Of a stretch of DNA of 64,000 nt, positions 40,945 to 54,429 are shown one piece after another; the stretch's first letter is position 1; each line of letters begins with the position of its first letter. The stretch is from Vicugna vicugna. Taxonomy: Eukaryota. The stretch spans positions 7,378,302-7,442,301 of the forward strand of contig MU058065.1 of NCBI GenBank assembly GCA_013265495.1, read 5' to 3'. Made by a program: the position numbers and the translations under genes. Below the pieces are notes generated by a model. The model had not been told where the DNA came from. It did not search any database and was given only the letters and a program-made list of their open reading frames with translations.

Positions 40945-42010
40945 AGGCTGTGGAAGGGAAGGTTTAAAAAAAGCCTAGCTAAACAAAAAGGGCTCATGGA
41001 AACAGCCCCACAACATTAAGTAACTCAGTGCAGAGTGCAGAGAGAGCAGTTCTTTTTGATGCATTAAGTGCGGATGAATTTAAAACAATGTTGGAAATGC
41101 TCTGAACATGCAATTGGGGTTACCAACAAAGCACAGATAGGCTCCTGGTTTGGAGAGGTCATGGGATCACCAGTCATTAGCGGGTGACTTCAGAGCTGGA
41201 GAGAGGGTCTGGAGGTGATCATGGCACCCACACTCATTTTCATTCTGGATTGTGTAACATCCTTACGCTTGTGAATAGCAGAAGATTTGGTGATCTAAGA
41301 CTCTGCCCTGTTGGGTCTGTCAACCCCCTGAAGACCAAGAGACATTTCTGGCAGTGTACAGTATCCCAAGCTACAGAAAAAGACGTGGGAGTGGTTCAAC
41401 TCCACTTATAATGAGAAAAGTACAAGTCAAACTATCAAACTGGAAAAAAAATTAAGTTTGATCATCACCGTCAGCTTGGAAAAAATATTTTAAAGTTTAA
41501 TAGCATCCACTACTGGAATTGGTAGGGGAAAATGGCCACTCTCTAACATTGTAGCTTTTAATGTAAATGCTATTACCCTTTTGGAAGGAAATTTGACCAT
41601 ATTTTTCTCTGCTTCTGTTATCCCCCCTTTTTTCATTCCTTCTTTCATTCATTCTCCTTCCACAGGCCATCATTCCCCATATATTTAATGTTTATTATTT
41701 TGCATATATTCTTGTAAAATGTGACATACTGATTTTTTTCTCCATTTTATTTTAGTTAAACTTTTTATTGAAGTATAGTTGATTCATTTCAGATATATAG
41801 CATAGAGCAATTCAGTATTTTTACAGATTATACTCCATTAAAAGTTACTACAAGGTAATGGCTATAATTCCCTGTGCTATACAATATACCCTTGTTGCTT
41901 ATCTATTTTATACATAGTAGTTTGTATCTCTTAATCCTATACCCCTAACTTGCCCCTCCCTGTTTTCCTGGTAACCTCTAGTTTCTTTCTATCTGTGAGT
42001 CTGTTTCTAT

Positions 42011-42155
42011 TTTTTGTTTGTTTGTTTTTTGTTTCTTTTTATTGGGGGAGGTAATTAGGTTTATTAATTTATTTTTTAATAGAGGTACTGGGGATTGAAC
42101 CCAGGGCCTCCTGCATGCTAAGCACCCACTCTATCACTGAGCCATACCCTCCCCT
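42011..42155 (-). mobile_element. tRNA-derived SINE (camelid vic-1-like) nested in L1
   Basis: gaggtactggggattgaacccaggg...ctgagccataccctcccc; T-rich tail; flanked by tgtttctattt / tgtttctgttt. Confidence 0.88.
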
Positions 42156-42548
42156 CTTGTTTCTGTTTTGCTGCATAAATTCATTTACATTATTTTTTAG
42201 ATTCCACATGTAAATGATATCGTACAGTATTTGTCTTTCTCTGTCTGATTTATTTCACTAAGCTCAATATTCTCTAGATCCATCTGTGTTGCTGCAAATG
42301 GCAGAATTTCATTCTTTTTATGGCTGAGTTATTTTCCATTCTATATCTGTATACATACCACATCTTTTTTAGTCCATTCATCTCTTGATGGACACTTCAA
42401 TTGCTTCCATATCTTGACTATTATAAGTAGTGCTGCTATGAACATTGGGGTGCATGTATCTTTTCTAATTAGTGTTTTCATTTTTTTCCAAATATATACT
42501 AATAAGCAGAATTTCTGGACTATATGGAAATTCTATTTTTACTTTTTT

Positions 42549-42567
42549 AAAACATTTTTTATTGATT
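42549..42567 (-). mobile_element. Ultra-short L1 3'-tip insertion
   Basis: aacattttttattgatt matches the young L1 terminus seen at 59593; flanked by tattttta(c/g)tttttt duplicates. Confidence 0.7.
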
Positions 42568-44121
42568 TATTTTTAGTTTTTTGAGGAACTTTCATACTGT
42601 TTTCCATAGTGGCTGCAGCAATTTACATTCCTATCAGCAGTGTACAAGAGTTCCCTTTTCTGCACATCCTCCCAACATTTGCTTTTTGTAGACTTTTTGA
42701 TGATAGCCATTCTGAGAGGTGTGAGGTGATACTTTGTTGTTGTATTGGTTTGCATTTCTCTAATAATTAGCAATTTTCACATGCTTGTTAGCCATCTATA
42801 TGTCTTCTTTGGAAAAATGTCTATTCAGGCCTTCTGCCCATTATTTGATTGGGTTGTTTGGTTTCTTGATATTGAGTTGTATGAGATCTTGGTATATTTT
42901 GGATATTAACCCCTTATCAGTCATATCATTAGCAAATATTTTCTTCCATTCAGTAGGTTGTCTTTTTGTTTTGTCAATGGTTTCCTTTGCTGTGCAAAAG
43001 CTTTTAAGTTTAATTAGGTGCCATTGGTTTATTTTTGCTTTTATTTCTTTTGCTTTAGGAGACAGACCCCCCCTCCAAATTACTATGATTTATGTCAGTG
43101 TTCTGACTATGTCCTCTTCTAGGAGTTCTCTAGGAGTTTTAAGGTTTTAAGTCTTATACTGAGTTCTTTAATCCATTTTGAGTTTATTTTTGTATACAAG
43201 AAAATGTTCTAATCTCATTGCTTTATATATGACTATTCAGTTTTCCCAGCATCACTTATTGAAGAGACTGTCTTTTTCCTCCACTGTATACTCTTGCCTC
43301 TTTTGTCATAGATTAATTGATCATATGTTCATGGGTTTATTTCAGGGCTCTCTGTTTTGTTCCATTGATCCATGTGTCTGTTTATGTGCCAGTATCATGC
43401 TGTTTTGATTACTGTAGCTTTGTAGTATAGTATGAAATCTGGAAGGGTGATACCTCAAGTTTTGTTTCTTTTCCAAGATTGCTTTGGTAATTTAGGGTCT
43501 ATTGTGATTCCATATGAATTTTAGGATTATTTGTTCTAGTTTTGTAAACATGGGTATTTTTATAGGGATTGCATTAAATCTGTGGATTGCTTTGGGTAGT
43601 ATGGTCATTTTAACAATATTAATTCTCCCACTCCAATAGCATGAGATATCTTTCCATTTCTTAGTAGCATCTTCAATTTCCTTCATCAGTGTTTTACAGT
43701 TTCCTTATATAGGTCTTTTACCTCCTTGGTTAAGCATATTCCTAGGTATTTCATTTTTTTGAAGTGATTTCAAATAGTATTTTCCAAAACTTTCTCTTAC
43801 TGATATTTCATTTTCAGTGTACAGAAAAGTAACAGATTTCTGTATATTAATTTTGTATCCTTCAACTTTGTTGAATTCATTTATTTGTTCTAATAGTTTT
43901 GGAGTGAAGACTTTAGGGTTTCCTTTGTAAAATATTGTGTCATTTGCAGATAGTGACAGTTTTACTTCTTCCCTTTCAATTTGGATGTCTTTTATTTCTT
44001 TTTCCTATCTTATTGCTGTTGATAAGACTTCCAATACTAATTAAATACAATGTTAAATGTGTTAAATACAAGTGGTAAGAGTAGCCTTATTGTCTTGTTC
44101 ACAAATTTAAAGGAAAGGCTT

Positions 44122-44763
44122 TTAAAGTGTCTGATTTGTGCTGAGTCACATGGGGTTGGGAATCAGGGGATGATGCTGGCTACCTGCCAGCCACACACAC
44201 TGCCTAGATTAATGAACCAGCCTCCAAAGGAACTACAACAGGATTATAATTTCACCAACATTTTAAATATAGCATTAGAAGCCACGTGCATGAGGTTGAC
44301 ATGAGCAAACGCCTGGGGTCTCTTGTGTTCATCTATCTGACTGGTACCTGAGTGTTTGACTTTCTTTCTTGGACCCCAGACTCCCATTCAGTTTACCCCA
44401 ACCTCATTCACTGTGGCTCTTCCTCTCGCTCTTCCTTTCCTCCTCCAGCTGAATCTCTCTAGAAGCTTCTCATTCAACAAGGGGTGAGGTGGAGCCAGGG
44501 AGAAGACTCTAAGCTTTGATGAATTGAGAGGATAAGCTTTCCTAAGATGATGTTGGTGATGATGATGATGATGTTAACAGATCTAACATTGAAAGCAGTC
44601 TTATAAGGTAGATAATGTTACCCGTATTTTTATAGATTAAAAAATTAAAGCACAAAGATCTTGAGCAACTTCTCCCAGGTTACAAAGCTAGTGAATGCCA
44701 AGCTGGCATTTGAACCTAGGATGTCTGTTCTCTTAGCCACTACAGCCTCTGCCCCTCTTTCAA
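44122..44763 (-). repeat. Inverted repeat, right arm (642 bp)
   Basis: Reverse complement of 40091-40732; abuts the L1 5' truncation point. Confidence 0.97.
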
Positions 44764-44890
44764 CCAATTTCTCTAGTGATAGATTCTCAACTTGCCTCTA
44801 ACTCTACACTTTTGCCAAAAAACGAAAAAAAAAAAAGATGTAATGATCATTGTTGTATATGTTTCTTTATGAACATGTATGAAAATTTTT

Positions 44891-44892
<2 letters not shown>

Positions 44893-44926
<34 letters not shown>
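44893..44926. repeat. (TA)n microsatellite
   Basis: Direct reading. Confidence 0.95.
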
Positions 44927-44930
<4 letters not shown>

Positions 44931-46129
44931 CTCTATCTCTCTATATCTATGTTTATATCAAGGTAGAATTACTGAGTCATAGTATATGAATGTATTTAAT
45001 TTAATTAAGTAGTACATCAATTTGAAAACATCAACTCAAATTTAAAATTTTACATATTTGACTTGGCATTGTTAAGAATGTACCCTATAGATAGAATTCT
45101 GTGTGTTTACCAAGATAGACATTTAAGGATATTTAGGGAAATACTGTTTATATTAGCAAAAGCATGGAAAGTGCTGGTGTGTCATGGGAATAGACATTTA
45201 AGTGTGTCCCTAAGAAGGGTTACTCTGCAGAGAGGGAGAGAGCACAGTCTCTGAGGAGCAAACCCATTGACTGACTCCTTGGTTCCATACCTCTTGACTG
45301 TGTACTTTGCGCAGGTACTTACCTTTTTTTGCTTCAGTTCTTTCAATGGTATAAGTCTCAGCCCTGAATTAGTGAGAGAAGATGGCAGTCTCTCAAATGC
45401 AGAAAGCAAGCTGTATTATTATTAATATTAGTATCGATTCCCTATTAAAGTCATTGAGTCAGATCGAGATGTGCTGCAGTGGGGTTAGGTCTCCAAGACA
45501 CCACATTAAAGAAAGAAGATCTGGGCTTAGTGTAAGAAATATAAACCCCTTTGTATAAAAGAGATATTTTAAAAATTGGTTAATGGTCAGTGTGTTTGGA
45601 GAGAGAATCTAAAGTTTACATGGGAGTGGGGAGAAGCTTTCATTTTTTATTTTCTCCCTTCTGTTACAGTTGTACTTTCATGCATGACTTTTAATTTTCA
45701 AAAATGTCAACAAGTGTTATCTGGGTGTTGAGTTCATGGGACATGGCTTTCTGTTTTTATTATTCTATCATAGTTTTTAAAAGTATTTGTAAGTTTAAGA
45801 AGGAAGTATGTTACTGAGAAGTGCACTGTGCTGGAATATTCTAAGTATGAAAATTGGTCTAAAATAGTATTTTTGAGACTCTTAAGGCCTCTGGTGTGCT
45901 CATTATTTACTACTGAAGGGTCACCTTGGCCTCACATTCCCTTCCTTTCTTAGTTCTAGAATCTGTGCCTGGAATGAGTGATTTTCAATAGGCTTAAGCA
46001 GTAAGACATTCCACAAAACAAGTTCTTGCTGAGTGGGGAAAAATATATACCACTATATGATTCCTTGAGATTTTATGGATCTGTATATGTAGATTTTATG
46101 GATATGTGCAAATACATATACATATATTA

Positions 46130-46370
46130 TTCAGCATGGCATAAGTGTATCATAAAGAGAAAGTGGCTGGGCTCTGAAGTCACACTACCTAGATTATTAT
46201 TCCAGCTTCACACTTACCAGCTAGTTATTGTGGGCAAATTACTCAACTTCTCTAAACCTTGGTTTTCTCACCCCTAGATGATTGCTACCTGCAGCACAGG
46301 AACTTTGGAGGATTAAGTGAGATGAACATGCCCGGCACTTTAGGAATCACTCAGTATATGGCAGCAGTTT
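46130..46370 (+). mobile_element. MIR SINE
   Basis: gggctctgaagtcacactacctag...gtgggcaaattactcaacttctctaaaccttggttttctca. Confidence 0.75.
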
Positions 46371-48054
46371 TTTCTTGTTAAAAGTAACAGCTCAAGCCAG
46401 CTTTTTCCAGTGAAGACTTTTGTTTTATTCCAACCCAGTCTCTCTAACTTATCTATCAGGAATTTCTCCTGGATAGAATGGGATCAAATGGGTGGAAGTG
46501 GGCATTTTTAGACATGCATCCCTATAGAGTGCCAAGCTCTCTGAGCTCAATATTCTCTTCAATCTTATTAGACCAATGAGGAACACAATGTCTGTGGAAA
46601 TTCAGTGACCTATCCAAGCTCACAAAGGTGGGATTTTAAAACCAGGCTTCCTGACTTCAACAAGTTACCTTTAAAGTACTTAGAACCCCATCCATGCATG
46701 GCCATCAACGACAATTTGCTAAGAGGGACAGAAGGATATCCACAAGAAATTCTCAGGGTGGAAGAGCTCTAATAGGTCATCAGATCCATTGCCCTCCTGC
46801 AATGGCACTCCCTCAGGGACCACTGGTCAGGATCAGGACAGCTTCTAGCATGCAAGATGGAGCAGACCTGAGCAGGCCACAGCTATGACCTAGGTGCTCC
46901 CCTCCCCAACTTAGCCCTCATAAACAAATTAATGCTTCTCCTTGTGGCAGAGTCCCACTCTTCAACTCAGATACTTTGTGGATTCTTTGAAATTGGAATC
47001 TCTATCCCTTGGCACTCCTTTCAAGTTTCACTTCGCAAAAGACTGGGCATTTTTAGTGTCCTCTTAGCTAGGCACCAAACCCTACCACCCTGAAGGGAGT
47101 TCTGCTCTGGTATGACCCCCAGTAGATGGGAGGTGTCATCTGAACCAATGTCACCATTGTGATCATCACAGAGACTTTGGCAGACCAGAAGTCCTGGGCA
47201 TCAGCTCAAGCTAAATAACTTTAAAAGAAAAAGTCCCTGCCTTCTAGATCCTGGAGTGGTTTTGCTTCACTTTTAAGGAATGTCTCAACATTAAAGCTGT
47301 CTGAAATGAAACAGCAAGTTCCTCATCTTTAAAAGTGTTTAATGAGAGACTGGCAAACCAGTTGATATAAATATTGTAGAGGAGTTAGATGATCTCAGAG
47401 TCCCTCATTCTAGGGCAAGGCCTTATCTTTTTCCTTAACTGCCAAAGAGGTGAGTAAATGAAACGAACCCTATATAGAATAAGGGAGAATTTAGTCATAT
47501 TTTCCATACTAAAAATTATTTCTGTGAAGGAAAATCAATGTGGTGTCTAGGATGAAGCCCTGGACTTGGAGTTAGGATGTCTGCCAGGATGTATCAAGTA
47601 GCTTTCTCTCTGTGCTCTCTGGGTCCTCGTTTCCTTACCTATCACATAAAAGTGTGGGATCAGAGCATCTCTAAGTTTCCTTGTTTTGGGAACTTTGTTT
47701 GGGATCCCATAAGAGGTCAGAAAATAAAATTCAAACATCTTTCTGCAGATAAACAGATGGCAGATCCATGGTCAAAGGGTAAAACCCACAGAACTGTCCA
47801 TGGTGTATGTGTATATATATATATACACACATTCATTCATGTTCCTGGTTAAAAAAAGGGGGCATACTGGAGAAAGAATTAAGAAAAAGCATCTTAGAAA
47901 CTTCTGCATCAATATAACTCAGCTTGGTCATGGAGGCCTATTCACCAAATGTGGCTCTTTTTTGGCAGCTTATGCTTCAGGCCAAAATAAAGAGGGTCCA
48001 CATTTTAAATTCCCAGGAACCCTGGCTTCTGTGGGCTAGAAAGATACTCCTGCT

Positions 48055-48474
48055 TCCATTCATGCTAGAGATGCCATAAGAAAGTCCCACAGGTGGAGTT
48101 CCTTGAACAACAAAAATGTATTGTCTCACAGTTATGTAGACTAGAAGTCCAAGATCAAGGTGTCTACAGGATTGGTTCCTTCTGAGGGCTATGAGGGAAG
48201 AATCTGTTCTAACCTCTCTCCCTGGCTTATAGATGACCATCCTCTTTCTATGTCTCTTCACATTGTCTTCTCTCTAAGTGTGTTTCTGTATCCAAATTTC
48301 CCCTTTTTATAAAGGACACCAGTCTTATCAGATTGGGGCCCACCCTAATAACCTCACTTTAACTTGACTGCCTTCATAAATAGCCTATCTTCAAATAAGG
48401 TCACATACTAGGGTGTTGAAAGTTAAGACTTCAACATATGAATGGAGGAGGCGTGTAACATTCAACCCATAATA
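48055..48474 (-). mobile_element. MaLR solo LTR (MLT1B-like)
   Basis: tctcacagttatgtagactagaagtccaagatcaaggtgtc...aaggacaccagtc...aaataaggtcacat...ttcaacccataata. Confidence 0.88.
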
Positions 48475-51400
48475 CAATTAATACCACCCCACCCACTTCT
48501 CTGGACCTTCTGGGTCATGTCACAGTTGGCAGGATGGGTCCTTGGTAGTGAGTCACGAAAATGACCACATCCTCCTTCAGGCTCCTTCATTCCTTTTGGC
48601 ACCATTTTCACCCCAGATCTTTAAACCAACATTTGTTTTTTACAGTAATATTTCTTTGGATTGGAGAGTAGTCTGTATGTCTGTGCATTTGTTTGTGTGT
48701 GTGTGGGAGAGAGAAAGACACACACACAGAGAGAGACATTAGCACACACTTCCTCTTCTCAGTACTTCCATTCAGTAGAAACCTACAGCATTTATCTACA
48801 TGCTGTACATGTGTCTAGTTTCTATACAAATAACCAGATTTGGGCTATTGTCTCAGGGTTCTCCTAGAAGAAATCTTGAAATATGAACAGTAAAGCTAGA
48901 CTTTCCAGGGTGAAGCAGTAGCCTCCCATCCATACCAACACAAAAATGGGCTCAGTGTAAATCAAATCTCATCTTAGTAATTACCCAACTGGGCATTTAT
49001 GTTGGGCTGGGTCCCAATGCTCTACCATGATACTTATCATCTCTATTCTGGACTCAAATGACCCACTTTGCAGTTGAGTTCATCCTGGAATCCCATCAGG
49101 AGGACAGGAGGAGGGAAGGCCCTGAGGAAACGTCTGCTGCTGTGTGCTCTGGGCCCTCAAAGGCTAGAATCTCTGGCCTTGGTCATGCTCAGGTTGGAGA
49201 GAGTACCTGATCAATGCCCAACAGTCCAGAAACATCAGCAGGGAGTAGCTTCCAAGCTCATGCTCCTAGTATATTTTTGGCCTCCTTTTGGGTTTAACTG
49301 TCAAGGTTAATCCATGATCTTGTTCACCATGTGACCGGCCAAGTATTTAAACTGCCTGGCAATAAGTATCTTAAGCCTACAGCTGCTAAAAACAGTTCCA
49401 ACTTCATGTAGTGAAGCATTATAATATATGCATGAGTAAAGTAGAAGCAGATCATTTTGAAGAGGCAAGAACTCATACAGGGAAGGCTAACATCTTGACT
49501 CTGGTCTTCAGTGACTCAGTAATGAAGATGAGGATTAACTCCTGGCTCTTAGGTCTCAGCTGAGAACTCTTTCCAGCAGACTGCCCCACTGTCCAACCTG
49601 ACTTGGTTCTATGAAACTGCTAGTTGAACACTGCAAAGGTCATCATGAGTAACAAGCCCCATATCAACTTATCAGATCCTTCAGCTCTGCAAACACTGGA
49701 CCTTCCCCAGTTTTTAGGATAAGAAAGAGATTTCTCATCCTATTGTAATGCAAGTCTAACTAGGGAATGCTGCTTCATAACATGAGTTTTACCCATCACC
49801 TGGAAACAAGCAAACAAAACAGGCAAATTGAGGGGCAAGGGATGGTCAAGAAAACTCAGGATTCTCCAGTCTCTGAAGATCCTTGAGAGTGTGATAAGAG
49901 ATGGACCACACTGCCTACCAATTTCAAAGAGTTAAAGGTGACATTTATCAAGCATATATTACATGCCAGGCATTACGCTAGGTGCTTGTACATTTTCCCA
50001 TTGAATCCTTATAAAACTCTTTGAGGTAGGAACAATTTCTAGAGCGGTGAGGATCAAGTGAGCTAATGCACATAAAAGTGCTTAGAAATGATGAAGTGTT
50101 ATAAAGCCTCAAAGATTCAATGCATGCTATTATTTTATTAAATGACCCCTGAAATTCCTTTTAGCCTAAGACTTACGTAGTGAAATAATAGATGCCTAGA
50201 AGATACTTGACACAGCCTTCTCATATACCACAAAGCATCACCAAGAGAAGTGACATCAGCTTGTTAGAGAGGGATAGAAATGCCGTGCAACCTGCTCAGG
50301 GAACCACAATCATGTAGAATCTTTCTTCAGTTACCATGAGGGCACTCAGGTCAAATAGGTTGGCTATTGACCAAGACACACATGTTGTCAACACTTAGTC
50401 CAGGTGTAAAAGAAGCCAGATTTTTCATTGCCTTCTGCATCTTGGTTAGTGTCTCTGATTGGAGTATAGAATATACAAGGTTGGATCTCTGCTGGACTCA
50501 GTTTTCATATTAATAGAATGGGGATAACATTTTGTGTGTTTATACTAATGTACTAAATGAACTGATATGTTTGAAAACATCTATCAAAGTGTTGACATAC
50601 AGGAAGTAATACAAATAATAATTAACACCCACTGTTTCATCCTGGTTGGGAAATGAAGACTCAGAATTTGTGGGGCTCATGCAGGGTGACACATTTTATA
50701 AAATGGGTGGTGTTTGAAAGGAAGTGAGTCTACAGGCATTAGAGCTAGTGGAGTATGAATGCCCTCAGGGCAAAAGCCTTGTTTGTTCTTATTCACATAA
50801 TGCCACCCACCTTGTCATTGAGTCACTCCCTTCTTGTTGGCAATTGTTTTTTCTGGAGTGTGGAGGCATATGAAGGAGTTTGTACTGGGACACTGCGGAG
50901 TTGTTTTTAACCTCATTAAGGCATGTAAAACTAGAGAGCCAGAACTAAAGCTGAGGGCATTAGATCAGCTATCAGGGTGAACATCCCAGGTAAATAGCTC
51001 GGGAGATGTATAGCCGCGTGGTTGAAACAGAGGCTTTGGAATCTGATAGACTTATGTGTTTGTGAGCTTCCCTGAGCTTTGGCTTCAATAGCTTCAATAA
51101 TTAGATATGATAATTCACATGAAGGATTTAAACAGTACAAAATAGATGTTCCATATCCTAAATTATTTCATTTGAAAGTAAGGGAACCAGAATAGGAACT
51201 AGAGACAGATTTCCCATGTTTCTAGAAATCTAGACAGATTTCTCTGTGTTCTAGTTCTGGTTCTAAGTGCCCAGTCAACAGCTGCTGGTCTGCCCTTTGC
51301 TCTCTGATAGAACTAGAGTACATAAGTGCCAGTGATGCAGTTGAGAGAAAAATGTACAACCACACGAGCTCCAGAAGTGGGAAATGAACTCTGTCCATAC

Positions 51401-54400
51401 TTGGAAATTGAGAGTGTGAGGGCAGAGGGAGTGAGGGGTGAAGGCTGAATCATGTGGCTGCCATTTGGTCACAGGTTCTCTCGAGAGATCGGCTGATGAG
51501 TTCTGAAAGGCAGATCACCTCTAGCACTTGGTCCTCAGAGTTGCGGAGGCAGAGCCGCAGATGAAGGAATTTCTGGCTCCTTCCCGTAGCCTGACTGCCC
51601 TGCACAAGGTCCATGGGAGTGCTGGCAGCAATGAGATGAAGGGAATAAATGGAGACATAGAGCTGGATAGATCTGGTAACTGCTGGTGACTGAGTTCTTG
51701 TTGGCTACAGCTCATTTCATCTAAGATCCCAGATTGGATATTCACAGGCTGGTTCTGGTATGGGATCCCTGAAAGTCTCCTTGTAGACAGTTTCCCCCAT
51801 TTAAACTTGGTGGAAGGTGAGTCTGATCCACAACGCCACTGCCTTCTGAGTGTTTCTGGCGCCGACCCCAAAGCCTGTTTTAGCAATTTAACTGGGGATC
51901 AGAGCGAGTGGGCCAGTTACATAGTGATGAGGGGTCATGTCAGGAGAAGCACCTGGGACAAGCTTACCTGTTGATCTGATCAAGCTTTCTCACTTCACAT
52001 GTTCTCAGAAAATGCTGCTTGTCTTGTCTGCTATGTGCTCAGTGGGAAAATTCAATAGATTTAGTTGCAGGTTGCCAACATATCCATCCATTGGTAATGG
52101 CAGATCATAGTGAGCCAGGGTAGGAAAGTCAATGTGGTCTTCTGAAATCCCAGCATCTTCCCTCCCAGAGGGTGGCAATGGAAAGTTGATGTTGCCTTCC
52201 AGTCATTCTCCACACTCACACCCAATGAATGGCCATTATTTACTACATAGTAGAAGATTTTTTTCCACTTTGTGTTCTCAACATGTGCATTCTGTGTGTC
52301 TGTTGTTTGTTTAAGATAGTGTTACACCTTAAATAAAATTCTAACAAGGACTCTGTCTTTCAGAATTGTTCTCTATAATTTACAGTTGCTCCATAGGTAA
52401 ACAGCCCATCCTAAGTTTATTACTCAAAATATATTCTTTTGGAGGAAGGAGAAAGGAAGAGGGCTTGGACAGAGTGACAAATTCTAAAAAGTCTTGGTTT
52501 TTTTTGGTCACAAAATTGTTTGAGATTTTTCTCCTAGATATCTCAAACTTTAGAATTTTTTTTTCTTAAACTTAAAGCTTTGTTCCCTGGCAATATGCTA
52601 GAAAAGCTCTGTAGGAAAGGAAGCATGTTACTGCTAATCTCTTGACTACACTTGAATAGGGATGAATATGAGCTTTACACAACATTAATTTTGCTAGGAA
52701 AGGGATGAGGGTTGCTTGACTGAGTTGGCAGGAAGAGGTATAAAAGGATGAGAGGGCTAGGAATTGGGCTCACCTTAAGAAGACAGGGGTACAGAAAACA
52801 TATGCAATGATGTAGAAGCAAATCTTTTGTTTTTTCATAATTTTGAGAAAAATCTGTCTTGATGGTGAGAACCTTGGAACACTGAGATGCACTGTGCCCT
52901 GTGCTTTCTCTTTAGCCAAGTCATTGTTAAAGGTAAAGCCACAATTCTTAGACATATAAAACGAACACATATCAAATATTTTATGTCACTCAATAATTAA
53001 TGAGGGAACCAGCAAGCAGTTACAACTGGTTTGAAGGAGAATTCAAAGAACCACACAAATCCAGGCCATGCAGAATGCCAAAGTCAATAATAAATGGTGA
53101 CATTTCCTGAACTTGTCCAAACTTAAGTGAAACACCCTATTGATGAGCATTTAGGAACCTCCTTATCAATTGTGAGGTTTTGTATTATCTCCATCAGTAC
53201 AACTTCTAGTTTTTGAAAGCAGTAATGAAAACTTGATTTTGTTGTAGTTAATTGTAGGGAATTGTTACAAACTGGGTTCCCTAGTGTTGACCTGTAAGCA
53301 GCTATTTTGATTACTGGAAAAGGGAAGATCCTGCCTTGGGAATGATGACCTAGAAGCAGAGATCTTTCTTCCTCTGCACAGATGCCATGTGTGATCTAAG
53401 GGGATCCACATCTCAGTTTCCTGTTCCCCCAGGAATGATGCTAGCTTTGACTTATTTTTCCAAAGGCTTTGCAAGAAAACCAGAAATACAAGATTGTCAA
53501 GTGAATTTACATGACCGTCAGGACTAGCACCCCAACACAGAAGTTGCTCGATTAAGGCTCTGGCTAACACAGCAGAAATCCAAGTAAGGAAGAGGGAGCT
53601 ATTCCATGGCCCTGCCCAGCCTGATTGGTGGAAATCTCCTCAACTCACAAACACTCTTGTCATTTCTCCTGGCAGCCTTCCCCATGCTGTTTGTTTGCAG
53701 TGACTTGACACGCTGGCGCCTGGAGACAGGGCAGGGCGGGGAAGGCTTCGGAATCTGCACAACTCATTGCCCTCCCCACTCCCACAAACTCTGTCCTCAA
53801 GCTCTGTCTCTGGGCCCTGGGATCAGATTGCTTGCTTCCAGGTGCCAGAGAGACACTTTTCTGTTTGCTCTCCCACCCAGACGGCCCTCAGTTTGTCCTT
53901 CCCCTAGGTGGGGGTGGCAAGTGACAGAGGCAGTTTTGAAAAGAATCTTTCTTCTTCTCCCCCCTGCCTCCTCAAACTGCAAGAACTTTTTGGCTTCTTT
54001 CCATCACTTGGGGCTTGTATTAGAGATTTGAGTCTGCTCTTGTTCCCTGTAAACAGTTCAGACGTTAAGGTAGGGGTACAGTCTAGAAGTGAGCTGTTCC
54101 TGGGGGATAAGCAGGAATGCTCAGAGATGGTTGCACTGTTGTTGGTAATGCACTTTTGATTTCAGTGCATGAAGCCTATAGTCCCCTCAATACTTCCATC
54201 TTAAACCAGATGGTCTTGCCATTGGCTAATTTTCTACTTCCTCCAGACATAGGATATTACCCAATTTGATTAACTTTCATGTCCTAAAGCTGGCAAAAAT
54301 CCTTCATTCTGCTGTTAAACTTTTTGGACTATGACTCTATCTTAAGAACATTTTCTCTATGAAGAGGACACCTATGGGTCTTTTAGAAGGCAGAACTACA

Positions 54401-54429
54401 TTTTACTAACTTACATTAACTAAATTTTA

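Larger units (their letters stand above)
41745..44123 (-). mobile_element. 5'-truncated decayed L1 (ORF2 3' half and 3' UTR)
   Basis: 3' end ctttttattgaagtatagttgatt; minus ORF remnants MLIIREMQTNTTTKYHLTPLRMAIIKK and [28 protein letters not shown]; breaks off at gtcttgttcacaaatttaaaggaaaggctttt. Confidence 0.92.

Noticed and set aside
51521..51886. 121-aa ORF in a CpG-containing patch
   Set aside because: No recognisable protein features.
52900..53100. Possible old interspersed repeat (aatgagggaaccagcaagcagttacaactgg)
   Set aside because: Looks familiar but I cannot assign a family or boundaries.
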